Source: an uncultured Bacteroidota bacterium (GTDB taxonomy: Bacteria; Bacteroidota; Bacteroidia; Bacteroidales; UBA12481). Taken from it: a stretch of 54,659 bases of DNA. The notes beneath the pieces were generated by a model. That model ran no database searches and was not told where the DNA came from. It saw nothing but the letters and a program-made list of their open reading frames with translations. Shown here in pieces: positions 9,759-19,287 of this stretch (position 1 is its first letter; each line of letters begins with the position of its first letter). The stretch spans positions 1-54,659 of the forward strand of contig CAIXKO010000012.1 of the NCBI GenBank assembly GCA_903919925.1, read 5' to 3'. The position numbers and the translations under genes are program-made.

Positions 9759-10670
9759 CTAATTTCTTCTGTCAGCACCCCACATAAGCTTGGTTCTTAG
9801 GGTATGATAAAAGTTGTGCCCCTTCAACCTGATTGTCCTAATACAGAACGGCGCTTTGTATATGGTTAGCTCAAGTCGGTCCTCAATAACAGCCGAGCGG
9901 GAATCGGCTGATACCAGAAGGTTTCCACTGCGGCTCTCAATTTGAAGGGTCAGCTTCTTGGAATCTCTATAAACCAATGGCCTGACTGTCAAATTGTGAG
10001 GTGCAATCGGAGAAAGAACGATATTTTGTGTATCTGGTAGAACTAGTGGGCCCCCTACACTCAATGAGTAGGCTGTGGATCCTGTTGGTGTGGCCACAAT
10101 GAGCCCATCCGCCCAGTAAATATTTAAAAATTGGCCGTCCAGAAAAGCTGTAATTTTTATCATGGAGGAATCGTCGCGCTTATGCACAGTGATCTCATTC
10201 AATGCAAAGTTAAAATCACCAAAAACACGCTGATCACTATCCAATTGTAGAAGTATCCGCTCATCAATACCGGCCTTGTTCTGCATAACAGCATCAACTG
10301 CGATCGAGATCTCATCCTTTGAGATATCTGCTAAAAATCCTAGACGTCCGCTGTTGATGCCTGCCAGTGGAATGGGAAGATCCCGGACTAAGGTAACAGC
10401 ATCCAAAAATGTACCGTCACCACCAATACTGAACATTACTCCCTGTAATCCTTGTAAATCCTCGTAAGTACGAAATGTCCCGCCCCATGAAAACTCATGC
10501 TCACTCCAGGAATCAACGAAATCCTTGAATGGCCTGAATATCATAACCTTAACACCGTATTCGATCAATCGATTCATAAGTAAACGAAAAGAAGGCCTGA
10601 ATCCTTCATCAAACTCCTTTCCAAATATGAATATGCTTTTCACGATAGATAATTTTTCATGACCTATCAA
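9759..10670 (-). CDS. nadK: NAD kinase
   Basis: GGDGT, GINSGRLGFL, LNE, DGLIVATPTGSTAYSLS; true start may be GTG at 10643. Confidence 0.95.
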   Translation of the reverse strand: MIGHEKLSIVKSIFIFGKEFDEGFRPSFRLLMNRLIEYGVKVMIFRPFKDFVDSWSEHEFSWGGTFRTYEDLQGLQGVMFSIGGDGTFLDAVTLVRDLPIPLAGINSGRLGFLADISKDEISIAVDAVMQNKAGIDERILLQLDSDQRVFGDFNFALNEITVHKRDDSSMIKITAFLDGQFLNIYWADGLIVATPTGSTAYSLSVGGPLVLPDTQNIVLSPIAPHNLTVRPLVYRDSKKLTLQIESRSGNLLVSADSRSAVIEDRLELTIYKAPFCIRTIRLKGHNFYHTLRTKLMWGADRRN

Positions 10671-11332
10671 ATATTCATGTATTTCATGAGCTCTTCGTAC
10701 CTCGTCCGGTAAAAATCATCCAATTGGCTATTTGCCAGGTAATATGACTTTACTGTATAACCATATCGATCAAATGAACGCATAATAGAGCTGGTTTCCT
10801 GAGTATTGACTTTTATAGTCACAATAAGCTCCCTTCCATTTTGATCAGGAATCACATACAAGCTCACTATCTTTGCATGGTTATCCTCAATGATCCTGGA
10901 CAGCATGGTTGGAGAATAATCCTGCAGCCCAAGACTTAAAACCAATATCGCACCGGGTTGACCAGCCGCGCATAGCAAACTAAAAGCTTTCACCAGTGCG
11001 GGTAAAGTAATGCAGCCAAGGTATTTTTTCCCTGATGTAAGCACCGGTAAAACCGTAAGATCATGGCGGGATATTGTATCTATTACTTCATATATATGCT
11101 GACTCTCCATTACCGATGTCTCAGAAAACCTGACCGAATTGGCACCTATTAGCTGGTTCTGGTCCGCCAAATTCCTGATATCCTTTTCCGAAATCAAACC
11201 CAGGTAATCTGCGCCCTCTAACACAGGCAGATGGGAAACCTTGAATTCACACATCCGCCTGACAACCTGGTTTGCTGATTCCATCACGGTTACTGCAGGG
11301 ATAAGGTCGGAAACAAAGTCTTTAGCCAGCAT
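10667..11332 (-). CDS. CBS domain-containing protein (AcuB-like, with ACT-like C-terminus)
   Basis: Two CBS repeats (SHLPV..YLGLIS; TVLPV..YLGCIT); usual Bacteroidota neighbour of nadK. Confidence 0.85.
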   Translation of the reverse strand: MLAKDFVSDLIPAVTVMESANQVVRRMCEFKVSHLPVLEGADYLGLISEKDIRNLADQNQLIGANSVRFSETSVMESQHIYEVIDTISRHDLTVLPVLTSGKKYLGCITLPALVKAFSLLCAAGQPGAILVLSLGLQDYSPTMLSRIIEDNHAKIVSLYVIPDQNGRELIVTIKVNTQETSSIMRSFDRYGYTVKSYYLANSQLDDFYRTRYEELMKYMNI

Positions 11333-11348
11333 TTCAGAGTATAATTCG

Positions 11349-11356
11349 TATTTTTG
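11349..11356 (+). promoter_or_regulatory. -7 promoter element (TATTTTTG) for pdxJ
   Basis: Exact TAnnTTTG match 26 bp before the ATG. Confidence 0.55.
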
Positions 11357-11382
11357 TTCTAAAATAATAAATCAGGATCCCC

Positions 11383-12096
11383 ATGACGAGATTAAGCGTA
11401 AATATAAATAAAATTGCTACACTCCGGAATGCCAGAGGTGGTAATGTTCCTGATGTATTGAAAGCCGCGGTAGATTGTGAACGCTTCGGGGCTCAAGGAA
11501 TTACAGTGCATCCCCGGCCCGATGAACGACATATCAGGTATCAGGACGTTTTGGATCTCAGGCCTTTAGTGAAAACCGAGTTTAATATTGAAGGGTATCC
11601 TTCTGAATCATTTATTCAGTTGGTAAATAAAGTAATTCCCGATCAGGTCACTTTGGTCCCTGATGCTCATGATGCAGTAACATCAAATGCGGGATGGAAC
11701 ACTGTCAGGTACCAGAACTTTCTTACAGAGGTGGTGGCGCGCTTTCATCAAAAATCTATTCGGGTTTCTGTATTTGTTGATGCAAACCCTGAAATGATCA
11801 GGTATGCAGCTGCTATCGGCGCTGACAGAATCGAATTATACACCGAACCTTACGCTAGTTTGTTCCCGAGAAAACGTGACGATGCTGTCAAACCTTTTGT
11901 CCAGGCCGCGCTGGTCGCTACCAGGTACAACCTTGGCATTAATGCCGGTCATGATCTAAGCCTTGAAAATCTGGATTTTTTTCAAAAGAAAGTCCCCGGA
12001 TTGTTGGAAGTTAGTATCGGTCACGCACTTATTGCCGACTCCTTGTATTTTGGCCTTGAAAACACCATTATGATGTACCGCGCCAAGCTTCAATAA
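11383..12096 (+). CDS. pdxJ: pyridoxine 5'-phosphate synthase
   Basis: [40 protein letters not shown]. Confidence 0.97.
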   Translation: MTRLSVNINKIATLRNARGGNVPDVLKAAVDCERFGAQGITVHPRPDERHIRYQDVLDLRPLVKTEFNIEGYPSESFIQLVNKVIPDQVTLVPDAHDAVTSNAGWNTVRYQNFLTEVVARFHQKSIRVSVFVDANPEMIRYAAAIGADRIELYTEPYASLFPRKRDDAVKPFVQAALVATRYNLGINAGHDLSLENLDFFQKKVPGLLEVSIGHALIADSLYFGLENTIMMYRAKLQ

Positions 12097-12204
12097 CGTA
12101 CAACGAACGGTAAGGACACTTTATTGAGTCCATTTAATTGCCTACGGCAACAGTAACAGATACCGAGCCTGTTTTCAGGAAAATTTTATAAATGCTCTAG
12201 GTCC

Positions 12205-13011
12205 TTATTCAATCAAACCCCTTTTTATCAATGATATAACAGCTTCAGGCTGCTCAGCATGCAGCCAGTGGCCTGCATTTTTTATGGAGGTGATTTGTGC
12301 GTTGGGATACATTTTTCTAATCATAATAATATCGTCTTCCTTGATATAACCCGAATGATCTCCCCGCAAAAACTGAACAGGAAACCGCGTAAATATTTTC
12401 CCTTGGTCCAAAAATGATTCTAGCCCTGATGAAAGATTTCCCAGATTTTGAAGCAATGCTCTTAAGTTCAATCTCCAATAGAAACTGGAATCACTATCCT
12501 TTTCAATATTCTTCAACAAAAACTGTCTGAGGTACTTGTCTGGCAGTTGGTCTTCAAGCTGATGATCAATATCCCTTAACCCTTTGGCTGTTGAGAAATC
12601 AACAGACAACATCGCCCTAATTATTTTGGTATGAAAAGTTATATGACTCGATTCTGACAAGTTATCGTTATAGCTTCTTGGGCTGATGTCAGCAACAATC
12701 AATCGCAGGATTCTTGATGAATGCTGAGCCGCAAACCACATCGCTGCTTTTCCACCCATTGAATGCCCCAAAACAACAGCCTTATCCAAATCATTGTCAT
12801 CAAATATTTCCAGCAAATCATTTGAAAGCGATTGATAGCTGTGCTCATCGGAATGAGGAGACTTACCATGATTTCTTTGATCCACTAAAAACACCTCACA
12901 AATTCCAGAGAGGCTCTTTGCTATACCAAGCCAATTATCCCCTGAACCATAAAGGCCGTGAAGTATAACCAAAGGAAATCCTTTACCCAGTCGTTGAATA
13001 TGAAGCTTCAT
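12205..13011 (-). CDS. alpha/beta hydrolase, YbfF/ABHD11-like esterase
   Basis: HGLYGS, DQRNHGKS, GHSMGG nucleophile elbow, AGHWLHAEQP. Confidence 0.9.
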   Translation of the reverse strand: MKLHIQRLGKGFPLVILHGLYGSGDNWLGIAKSLSGICEVFLVDQRNHGKSPHSDEHSYQSLSNDLLEIFDDNDLDKAVVLGHSMGGKAAMWFAAQHSSRILRLIVADISPRSYNDNLSESSHITFHTKIIRAMLSVDFSTAKGLRDIDHQLEDQLPDKYLRQFLLKNIEKDSDSSFYWRLNLRALLQNLGNLSSGLESFLDQGKIFTRFPVQFLRGDHSGYIKEDDIIMIRKMYPNAQITSIKNAGHWLHAEQPEAVISLIKRGLIE

Positions 13012-13014
13012 CTT

Positions 13015-13626
13015 TTATGTGGATAAATGCTCTCGTATCAGGATGCTTAGAACTTCGATTCCAACTGTGTTATCGCCACCTTGAGGTATGATCAGGTCAG
13101 CATATCGTTTCGAAGGCTCGATGAAATCCAGGTGCATGGGCTTAACCGTTTTTTCATATCGGTTCAGGACTACTTCTGCGGACCTTCCCCTTTCTTGTAT
13201 ATCACGCCGGATTACTCTTGAAAGTCGATCGTCAGCATCAGCATCCACAAACACCTTAATATCCAGAAGATCCCTCACTTCCTTTTGAGTAAGCACAAGA
13301 ATTCCTTCAACAACAACCACCTTGCGAGGCTCAATTCTTATGGTTTCAACTGAGCGGGTACAAGTAAGATATGAATAAATTGGTTGATTAATAGGTAAAC
13401 CCTGGCGAACTGCTGTTAAATGATCAATCAGTAATTGCCATTCAATAGCATCTGGATGATCAAAATTCAATTTCTGCCTCTCCTCTAAAGGCAAATGACT
13501 ATTATCCTTATAATAAGAGTCTTGCGGAAGCAATGCAACCTCATCCTTTTGAAAACACCCCATTACTTTGTTGACAACTGTTGTTTTACCGCTGCCTGTT
13601 CCACCTGCTATTCCTACTATTAACAT
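13015..13626 (-). CDS. udk: uridine kinase
   Basis: GIAGGTGSGKTT, NFDHPDA, EGIL, RDIQERGR, PSKRYAD. Confidence 0.96.
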   Translation of the reverse strand: MLIVGIAGGTGSGKTTVVNKVMGCFQKDEVALLPQDSYYKDNSHLPLEERQKLNFDHPDAIEWQLLIDHLTAVRQGLPINQPIYSYLTCTRSVETIRIEPRKVVVVEGILVLTQKEVRDLLDIKVFVDADADDRLSRVIRRDIQERGRSAEVVLNRYEKTVKPMHLDFIEPSKRYADLIIPQGGDNTVGIEVLSILIREHLST

Positions 13627-13682
13627 ATTTTTATTAAGATTCAGGAGGTAATTGTATATTTACCGATTAAGACTTTCCAAAA

Positions 13683-14003
13683 ATGATACGACATATCGTT
13701 CTCTTCAAAATAAAGGATTTTTCATCAGAATCCGAAAAGAAAGAAGCTATTCAAAATGTTTTATTCACTTTCAGGTCGCTCATTGGTCAGATTCCTCAGA
13801 TCCGGCAATTCAGAGTGGAGCCGGATTGTGTGCATGGCCCCTTTTCGTCTGATGTGATTATTGACAGCTTGTTCGATAGTTTGGAGGATCTGAAAGCATA
13901 TCAAGCTCACCCAGCACATATTGACGCTGTTGATTTGAATAAACAATGGTCGGAAAGTAAAATCCTTGGCGATTATTTCTTCGAAAATCAAAACCGAGTC
14001 TAA
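13683..14003 (+). CDS. Dabb (stress-responsive A/B barrel) protein
   Basis: MIRHIVLFK N-terminus and YQAHPAH motif. Confidence 0.88.
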   Translation: MIRHIVLFKIKDFSSESEKKEAIQNVLFTFRSLIGQIPQIRQFRVEPDCVHGPFSSDVIIDSLFDSLEDLKAYQAHPAHIDAVDLNKQWSESKILGDYFFENQNRV

Positions 14004-14025
14004 CCCTTTAACCAATTCCAGAATT

Positions 14026-15027
14026 ATGCTTTATCCACTACGTTTTAAACCGATTTACCAGTACCGATTATGGGGTGGAAGTAAATTAAGAGATGTTCTT
14101 GGTAAAAAAGATGCTCCTGACATGACCGGAGAAAGTTGGGAAATATCCGGTGTTGAGGACCAACAGTCAGTTGTAAAAGAAGGATTTTTGGAAGGGAATG
14201 ACCTCCAGGAACTTATCGAAGTTTATATGGGGGACTTGGTGGGAGATTCCGTCTATGAAAAACATGGAACCGAATTTCCATTGTTGATAAAATTGATTGA
14301 TGCTCATGATGTTCTTTCTGTACAAGTTCATCCTGATGATGCACTTGCTGCTCAAAGGCATCATGCCTATGGGAAAACTGAACTTTGGCATGTAATTCAA
14401 GCAGATCCAGGATCCGTAATTTATACAGGATATAACCGGGCAACCAATCGCGATGAATTTCTTGCTCTCGTGGAACAAAAAAAGGTACAGGAGATCCTCA
14501 ATGCTGAATCGGTTAAGGATGGAGATGCTTTTTTTATACCCGCCGGACGAGTTCACGCCATCGGTTCCGGTATATTATTGGCTGAAATCCAGCAAACCAG
14601 CGATATCACATACCGGATTTTTGATTGGAACAGGCTGGAGAAAAACGGAAGACCACGTGCCCTTCATACTGAATTGGCTATTGATGCAATAGATTTCAAA
14701 CATTACCCATCTTATCGTAATGATTATCAGGCCTGTACCAATCGTCCAACACCTATTGTCAGCTGCCCCTATTTTACGACTAACCTGATTTGGTTTTGCC
14801 GCACAGTCGAACGGGACTATCTCGATATTGACTCATTTATAATATATATATGTATCCAAGGCTCCTTCCTCCTCAATTACGGACAGGATAATCCGATGTT
14901 GGTAAAAACGGGTCATACCATTTTGCTGCCTGCAATCTTTAAAGATGTTATTCTTGAACCACGCGGTGAGACTCGTGTGCTGGAAGTTTATATCGATAAT
15001 CGTTTGGCTCCAACTACCGCAAAGTGA
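14026..15027 (+). CDS. manA: mannose-6-phosphate isomerase, type I
   Basis: LWGG, GESWEIS, FPLLIK, LSVQVHP, GKTELW, HAIG, EIQQTSD; start moved to ATG 14026. Confidence 0.92.
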   Translation: MLYPLRFKPIYQYRLWGGSKLRDVLGKKDAPDMTGESWEISGVEDQQSVVKEGFLEGNDLQELIEVYMGDLVGDSVYEKHGTEFPLLIKLIDAHDVLSVQVHPDDALAAQRHHAYGKTELWHVIQADPGSVIYTGYNRATNRDEFLALVEQKKVQEILNAESVKDGDAFFIPAGRVHAIGSGILLAEIQQTSDITYRIFDWNRLEKNGRPRALHTELAIDAIDFKHYPSYRNDYQACTNRPTPIVSCPYFTTNLIWFCRTVERDYLDIDSFIIYICIQGSFLLNYGQDNPMLVKTGHTILLPAIFKDVILEPRGETRVLEVYIDNRLAPTTAK

Positions 15028-15656
15028 ATCTCGAACTTTCCATTAAAACGGTCACCTTTATCAGCGCAGGAAATAATCCTGAAAAATGTCCCAAACCGGA
15101 TAAGCCGGAATATGCCTTTATTGGCAGATCAAATGTTGGCAAATCCAGCCTTCTTAACATGATCGCAGGTCGGAATAGTCTTGCCCGTATTTCGGTTTCT
15201 CCTGGCAAAACTCAAACAATTAACCATTATCTGGTCAATGACGCATGGTATCTGGTAGATCTGCCGGGATACGGTTATGCGAAAGTTTCAAAAACGATGC
15301 GTGAAAAATGGGTCGGGTTTACAAGCAATTATTTGATTAACAGGCCAAACCTGATGTGCCTTTTTCAACTAATCGATAGCCGGATTGAGCCTCAGCGCAT
15401 CGATCTGGACTTCTCAAACTTCTTGGGATCCGAAAAAATCCCTTTTGTCCTCGCTTTTACCAAATCCGATAAGGTAACTACCAATGTACTGAATAAAAAC
15501 ATTTCTGCATACGGAAAAGAAATGTTGAAAACATGGGAAAAGCTTCCACGTCAATTTATTACATCCTCGCAAAACAAGAAAGGCAGGGAGGAACTCCTTG
15601 AATTTATTCAACAAACCAACCTTCTTTTCAACCACTCTGGTATCAACCCTCAATAA
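15024..15656 (+). CDS. engB: ribosome biogenesis GTP-binding protein YihA/YsxC
   Basis: GRSNVGKSS, PGKTQ, DLPGYGYA, TKSDK; GTG start overlapping the manA stop. Confidence 0.95.
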   Translation: MNLELSIKTVTFISAGNNPEKCPKPDKPEYAFIGRSNVGKSSLLNMIAGRNSLARISVSPGKTQTINHYLVNDAWYLVDLPGYGYAKVSKTMREKWVGFTSNYLINRPNLMCLFQLIDSRIEPQRIDLDFSNFLGSEKIPFVLAFTKSDKVTTNVLNKNISAYGKEMLKTWEKLPRQFITSSQNKKGREELLEFIQQTNLLFNHSGINPQ

Positions 15657-15661
15657 TTATT

Positions 15662-15669
15662 TAACTTTG
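15662..15669 (+). promoter_or_regulatory. -7 promoter element (TAACTTTG) for prs
   Basis: Exact TAnnTTTG match 43 bp before the ATG. Confidence 0.6.
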
Positions 15670-15712
15670 GCGCACTATACCTTTTGCCTTCCGTTACATA
15701 AAAATCGAATCT

Positions 15713-16651
15713 ATGCAGCCAAATAGTCCGATTAAACTCTTCTCTGGAACAGGTTCAAAATACTTGGCCGAGAAGATTGCCGACGCATACGGCACCGAGC
15801 TTGGAAAAGTTTCTGTATTAAGATTCAGCGATGGAGAAATTCAACCTTGCTATGAAGAAACTGTTAGGGGAGATTTTGTTTTTATTATTCAATCAACCTT
15901 TGCCCCGGCTGAAAATCTGCTTGAACTCTTAATGATGATCGATGCTGCCAGCCGCGCTTCTGCATATAAAATCGTTGCCGTTATTCCTTATTTCGGTTTT
16001 GCCCGTCAAGACCGGAAAGATCGCCCCAGGGTTTCTATCGCTGCAAAACTAATGTCAAATCTCTTGGCAGCCGCTGGGGTCAGCCGCGTTATTACTATGG
16101 ACTTGCACGCCGATCAAATTCAGGGATTTTTTGATGTACCGGTCGATCACCTTTATGCATCAACTGTTTTTATCGATTATATCCGGAAGCTTAGATTGGA
16201 CAACCTGGTGATAGCATCCCCCGATACTGGCGGTACCAAACGCGCAAATTCCTACTCGAAATACCTGGATTGCCCAATGGTTATTTGTCATAAAACCAGA
16301 AAAAGTGCAAATGTTATTGGGGAAATGACCATCATCGGTGATGTTAAGGATAGAAATGTTGTTCTTGTTGATGATATGATCGATACCGCTGGTACTATTG
16401 CTACCGCCGCAAACCTGATTATGGACAAAGGTGCAAAATCAGTGCGGTGTGTTGCTACTCATCCCCTGCTAACTGGTCCTGCCTTCGAACGGATTGAACA
16501 GTCTGCTTTACTCGAAGTCGTTGTAACGGATTCAATTCCCTTACGCAAACCAAGTCCCAAAATCAAAGTTATCTCTATCGCCGGATTGTTTGCTGAAATT
16601 ATTAAAAAAGCATATAATAATCAGTCAATCAGTAGTACTTTTCTCTTTTAA
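15713..16651 (+). CDS. prs: ribose-phosphate pyrophosphokinase
   Basis: FSDGE, ARQDRK, MDLHADQIQGFFD, VDDMIDTAGT. Confidence 0.97.
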   Translation: MQPNSPIKLFSGTGSKYLAEKIADAYGTELGKVSVLRFSDGEIQPCYEETVRGDFVFIIQSTFAPAENLLELLMMIDAASRASAYKIVAVIPYFGFARQDRKDRPRVSIAAKLMSNLLAAAGVSRVITMDLHADQIQGFFDVPVDHLYASTVFIDYIRKLRLDNLVIASPDTGGTKRANSYSKYLDCPMVICHKTRKSANVIGEMTIIGDVKDRNVVLVDDMIDTAGTIATAANLIMDKGAKSVRCVATHPLLTGPAFERIEQSALLEVVVTDSIPLRKPSPKIKVISIAGLFAEIIKKAYNNQSISSTFLF

Positions 16652-16655
16652 TTAC

Positions 16656-16663
16656 TACATTTG
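16656..16663 (+). promoter_or_regulatory. -7 promoter element (TACATTTG) for rplY-pth
   Basis: Exact TAnnTTTG match followed by CA; implies a leader of about 95 nt. Confidence 0.7.
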
Positions 16664-16762
16664 CACCCTCTTTTTAGCCGGATAATAACATAAGTGTAAT
16701 GGGGGACTTTCGCTGCAACTTTCCGGCTTTAGCAGTTCGGTCCTGAGTAACACAATTAGAAA

Positions 16763-17350
16763 ATGAAATCATTTGATTTAAAAGGTACGCTTCGCAAGGA
16801 GCTTGGAAAAAAAGCAACCAAAAAGGTTCGCAATGAAGATTCAATCCCATGTGTCCTTTATGGTAGTGGTGATCCTATCCATTTTATTGCCAATGAAAAG
16901 GAATACGGCCAGGTAGTTTATACTCCCAGCACTTTCCAGATCAACTTGGATATTGATGGAACAGTGTCTCCTGCAATTATGAAAGACATTCAATTTCACC
17001 CGGTTAGTGATAGAATTTTGCACATCGACTTTATCAGGATAGCTGAAGGAAAACCAGTAATAGTTACTATTCCTGTACGTCTCGAAGGTTTTGCCAAAGG
17101 CGTTCAACAAGGGGGAAAACTCAAACTGGAAATGCGTAGAGTTAAAGTAAGTGGCTTGATTCAAACTCTTCCGGATGAATTGCTCCTCGATGTCACCAAT
17201 GTAGAAGTAGGTCAATCAATAAAAGTACGCGACCTTTCTTACGACAATTTTAATATCCTGGATCCTAAAAATGCTGTTATCGCATCGGTAAAAACTACCC
17301 GTGCAGCTAAAGGTGCAGCTGAAACACCTGCTGCAGGAGCCAAAGCTTAA
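16763..17350 (+). CDS. rplY: 50S ribosomal protein bL25/Ctc
   Basis: IPCVLYG, DIQFHPV...LHIDF, C-terminal Ctc domain; between prs and pth. Confidence 0.96.
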   Translation: MKSFDLKGTLRKELGKKATKKVRNEDSIPCVLYGSGDPIHFIANEKEYGQVVYTPSTFQINLDIDGTVSPAIMKDIQFHPVSDRILHIDFIRIAEGKPVIVTIPVRLEGFAKGVQQGGKLKLEMRRVKVSGLIQTLPDELLLDVTNVEVGQSIKVRDLSYDNFNILDPKNAVIASVKTTRAAKGAAETPAAGAKA

Positions 17351-17377
17351 CCTAATTAATTTATAAAAATCTTCCTG

Positions 17378-17944
17378 GTGAAATATCTGATCGCAGGATT
17401 AGGTAACTTTGGTAAAGAATACTCCAATACCAGGCATAATATAGGATTTAATATATTGGACGCCTTTGCTGAGGCGTCCAATATTGTTTTTACCCCCCGC
17501 CGATACGGAGATGTTGCGGAATATCGGTATAAGTCCAGAGATTTTGTCCTGCTTAAACCTTCAACTTATATGAACCTCAGCGGAAATGCTGTGCGTTACT
17601 GGCTCCAGAAATCAGAAATCGATGAACAAAATCTCCTCGTTCTGGTCGATGATCTCGCACTACCATTCGGCCAGCTCCGTCTGAGAAAGAAAGGTAGTGA
17701 TGGTGGCCACAATGGACTCAAACATATTAATCAAATACTTGGACATGAAGAGTATGCCCGATTAAGATTTGGCATAGGCAGTTCTAGCAAGATTTTTAAC
17801 ACCATCGATTATGTTTTGGGTGAATGGTCTCCCGATGAAAAAGTATTGCTCCCTGAAAAATTAAAGACAGCGTGCGAAATCATTCTAAGCTTTTCATTAG
17901 CGGGAATTGACCGAACAATGAACACTTTCAATACCCGCCCTTGA
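17378..17944 (+). CDS. pth: peptidyl-tRNA hydrolase
   Basis: GLGN, TRHNIGF, KPSTYMNLSG, GGHNGLK; GTG start. Confidence 0.96.
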   Translation: MKYLIAGLGNFGKEYSNTRHNIGFNILDAFAEASNIVFTPRRYGDVAEYRYKSRDFVLLKPSTYMNLSGNAVRYWLQKSEIDEQNLLVLVDDLALPFGQLRLRKKGSDGGHNGLKHINQILGHEEYARLRFGIGSSSKIFNTIDYVLGEWSPDEKVLLPEKLKTACEIILSFSLAGIDRTMNTFNTRP

Positions 17945-17949
17945 TTCGC

Positions 17950-17966
17950 TGTTAAATTCTTGTTAA
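17950..17966 (+). promoter_or_regulatory. candidate OmpR/PhoB-family tandem binding box
   Basis: TGTTAA at 17950 and 17961 (11-bp period), upstream of the TATCTTTG promoter of the HK/RR pair. Confidence 0.5.
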
Positions 17967-17993
17967 CCACGATCTCCGCTTCTTCTCTTACCC

Positions 17994-18001
17994 TATCTTT
18001 G
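17994..18001 (+). promoter_or_regulatory. -7 promoter element (TATCTTTG) for the two-component operon
   Basis: Exact TAnnTTTG match 17 bp before the ATG. Confidence 0.6.
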
Positions 18002-18018
18002 CTTGCTAAATCGAAAAA

Positions 18019-19287
18019 ATGAAAAGGATTACTATTCGTTGGATTATCTTAGCATCGTCCATTTCATTGGTAGGACTGATCGTTACCCAACTCTTTTGGA
18101 TCAATAATGCGTTAAGATTGGGTGAGGAACAATTTAACAGCCGTGTAACGATCGCTCTTCAGGGAACTCTTGATGAATACGTGCAAACCCACCAGGGAAA
18201 ACCCTGCGATATCACCTGTGGATGTCTTAGCGTTCCGATTCAAACAGATTCGCTTTTTATCAACCTTGAGCCTTCTCAGATGGACTCCTTACTGAGGGTC
18301 CATTTTGATTACCATGGACTTGATACGATCTTTGAGTTCAGAGTCGTGAATTGTACTTCAGGAAAGGTTCTTTTTGAAAAAATGGGAAAACTTAAACGCA
18401 ACAATCACAGTTCTTTGCACAAAATCAGTCTATCCTGTCTGCATCACCAGGAAAGCCATCGAATGGAAGTTCGATTTAATCAGCCTAAACAACTTATCAT
18501 AAAAGATATGCTGGTATGGCTCGCTGCCTCTATCATCTTCCTATTGATTGTAATACTGAGCTTCACTTTCATCGTACTCACAATCGTTCGCCAAAAAAAG
18601 ATAACTGAAATGCGAAATGATTTTATTAACAATATGACTCATGAATTTAAAACACCCATTTCAAACATATCACTTGCCTGTGAAGTACTTAAGCGCCCAA
18701 ATATTTGTGACACACCAGATAGACTAATCCGATATATCGATATCATAAGTCAGGAAAATAAAAGAATGCGATCACAAGTTGAACGTATCCTTCAAGTTGC
18801 AGTCCGAAATCGCGAAGACCTGGATATTAGCAGGCAAACAACAGATATACATGAACTTATTCGAGATGTAGTCGACACTATTTGCATCGAAGATTGTCGT
18901 GACGGGGCAGTTATCCATTTGGATTTCCAGGCGGAAAAGCCAGAACTTTTTGTTGATCCGGTTCATTTTACCAACATTATTCATAACCTGATCGATAATG
19001 CTCAGAAATACTCCAATTCCGATCCCAAAATAATCATCAGTACTTCAATGAGAGATAACTTTTTCATTTTGGAGTTTAAAGATAATGGGATGGGGATCAG
19101 CCAGGATGCACAAAAACATATTTTCGAAAAGTTCTATCGGGTTCCTACCGGAAACCTGCACAATGTAAAAGGTACTGGCATCGGCCTTTATTATGTAAAA
19201 ACCATGATTGAAGCTCATGGGGGAACAATAACCGTTAAAAGTGAATTCGGAAATGGTTCGCGGTTTATCATAACTTTACCTGCATGA
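18019..19287 (+). CDS. membrane sensor histidine kinase (RprX-like)
   Basis: Two TM helices, H-box NMTHEFKTP, N-box NLIDNAQKY, G1 DNGMG, F-box IFEKFYR, G2 GTGIGL. Confidence 0.93.
   Translation: MKRITIRWIILASSISLVGLIVTQLFWINNALRLGEEQFNSRVTIALQGTLDEYVQTHQGKPCDITCGCLSVPIQTDSLFINLEPSQMDSLLRVHFDYHGLDTIFEFRVVNCTSGKVLFEKMGKLKRNNHSSLHKISLSCLHHQESHRMEVRFNQPKQLIIKDMLVWLAASIIFLLIVILSFTFIVLTIVRQKKITEMRNDFINNMTHEFKTPISNISLACEVLKRPNICDTPDRLIRYIDIISQENKRMRSQVERILQVAVRNREDLDISRQTTDIHELIRDVVDTICIEDCRDGAVIHLDFQAEKPELFVDPVHFTNIIHNLIDNAQKYSNSDPKIIISTSMRDNFFILEFKDNGMGISQDAQKHIFEKFYRVPTGNLHNVKGTGIGLYYVKTMIEAHGGTITVKSEFGNGSRFIITLPA

Noticed and set aside
12097-12204. 108-bp gap between convergent pdxJ and the esterase as a possible sRNA
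   Set aside because: Only a 5-bp hairpin (TTGCC-TAC-GGCAA) is present, with no promoter or recognisable RNA family.
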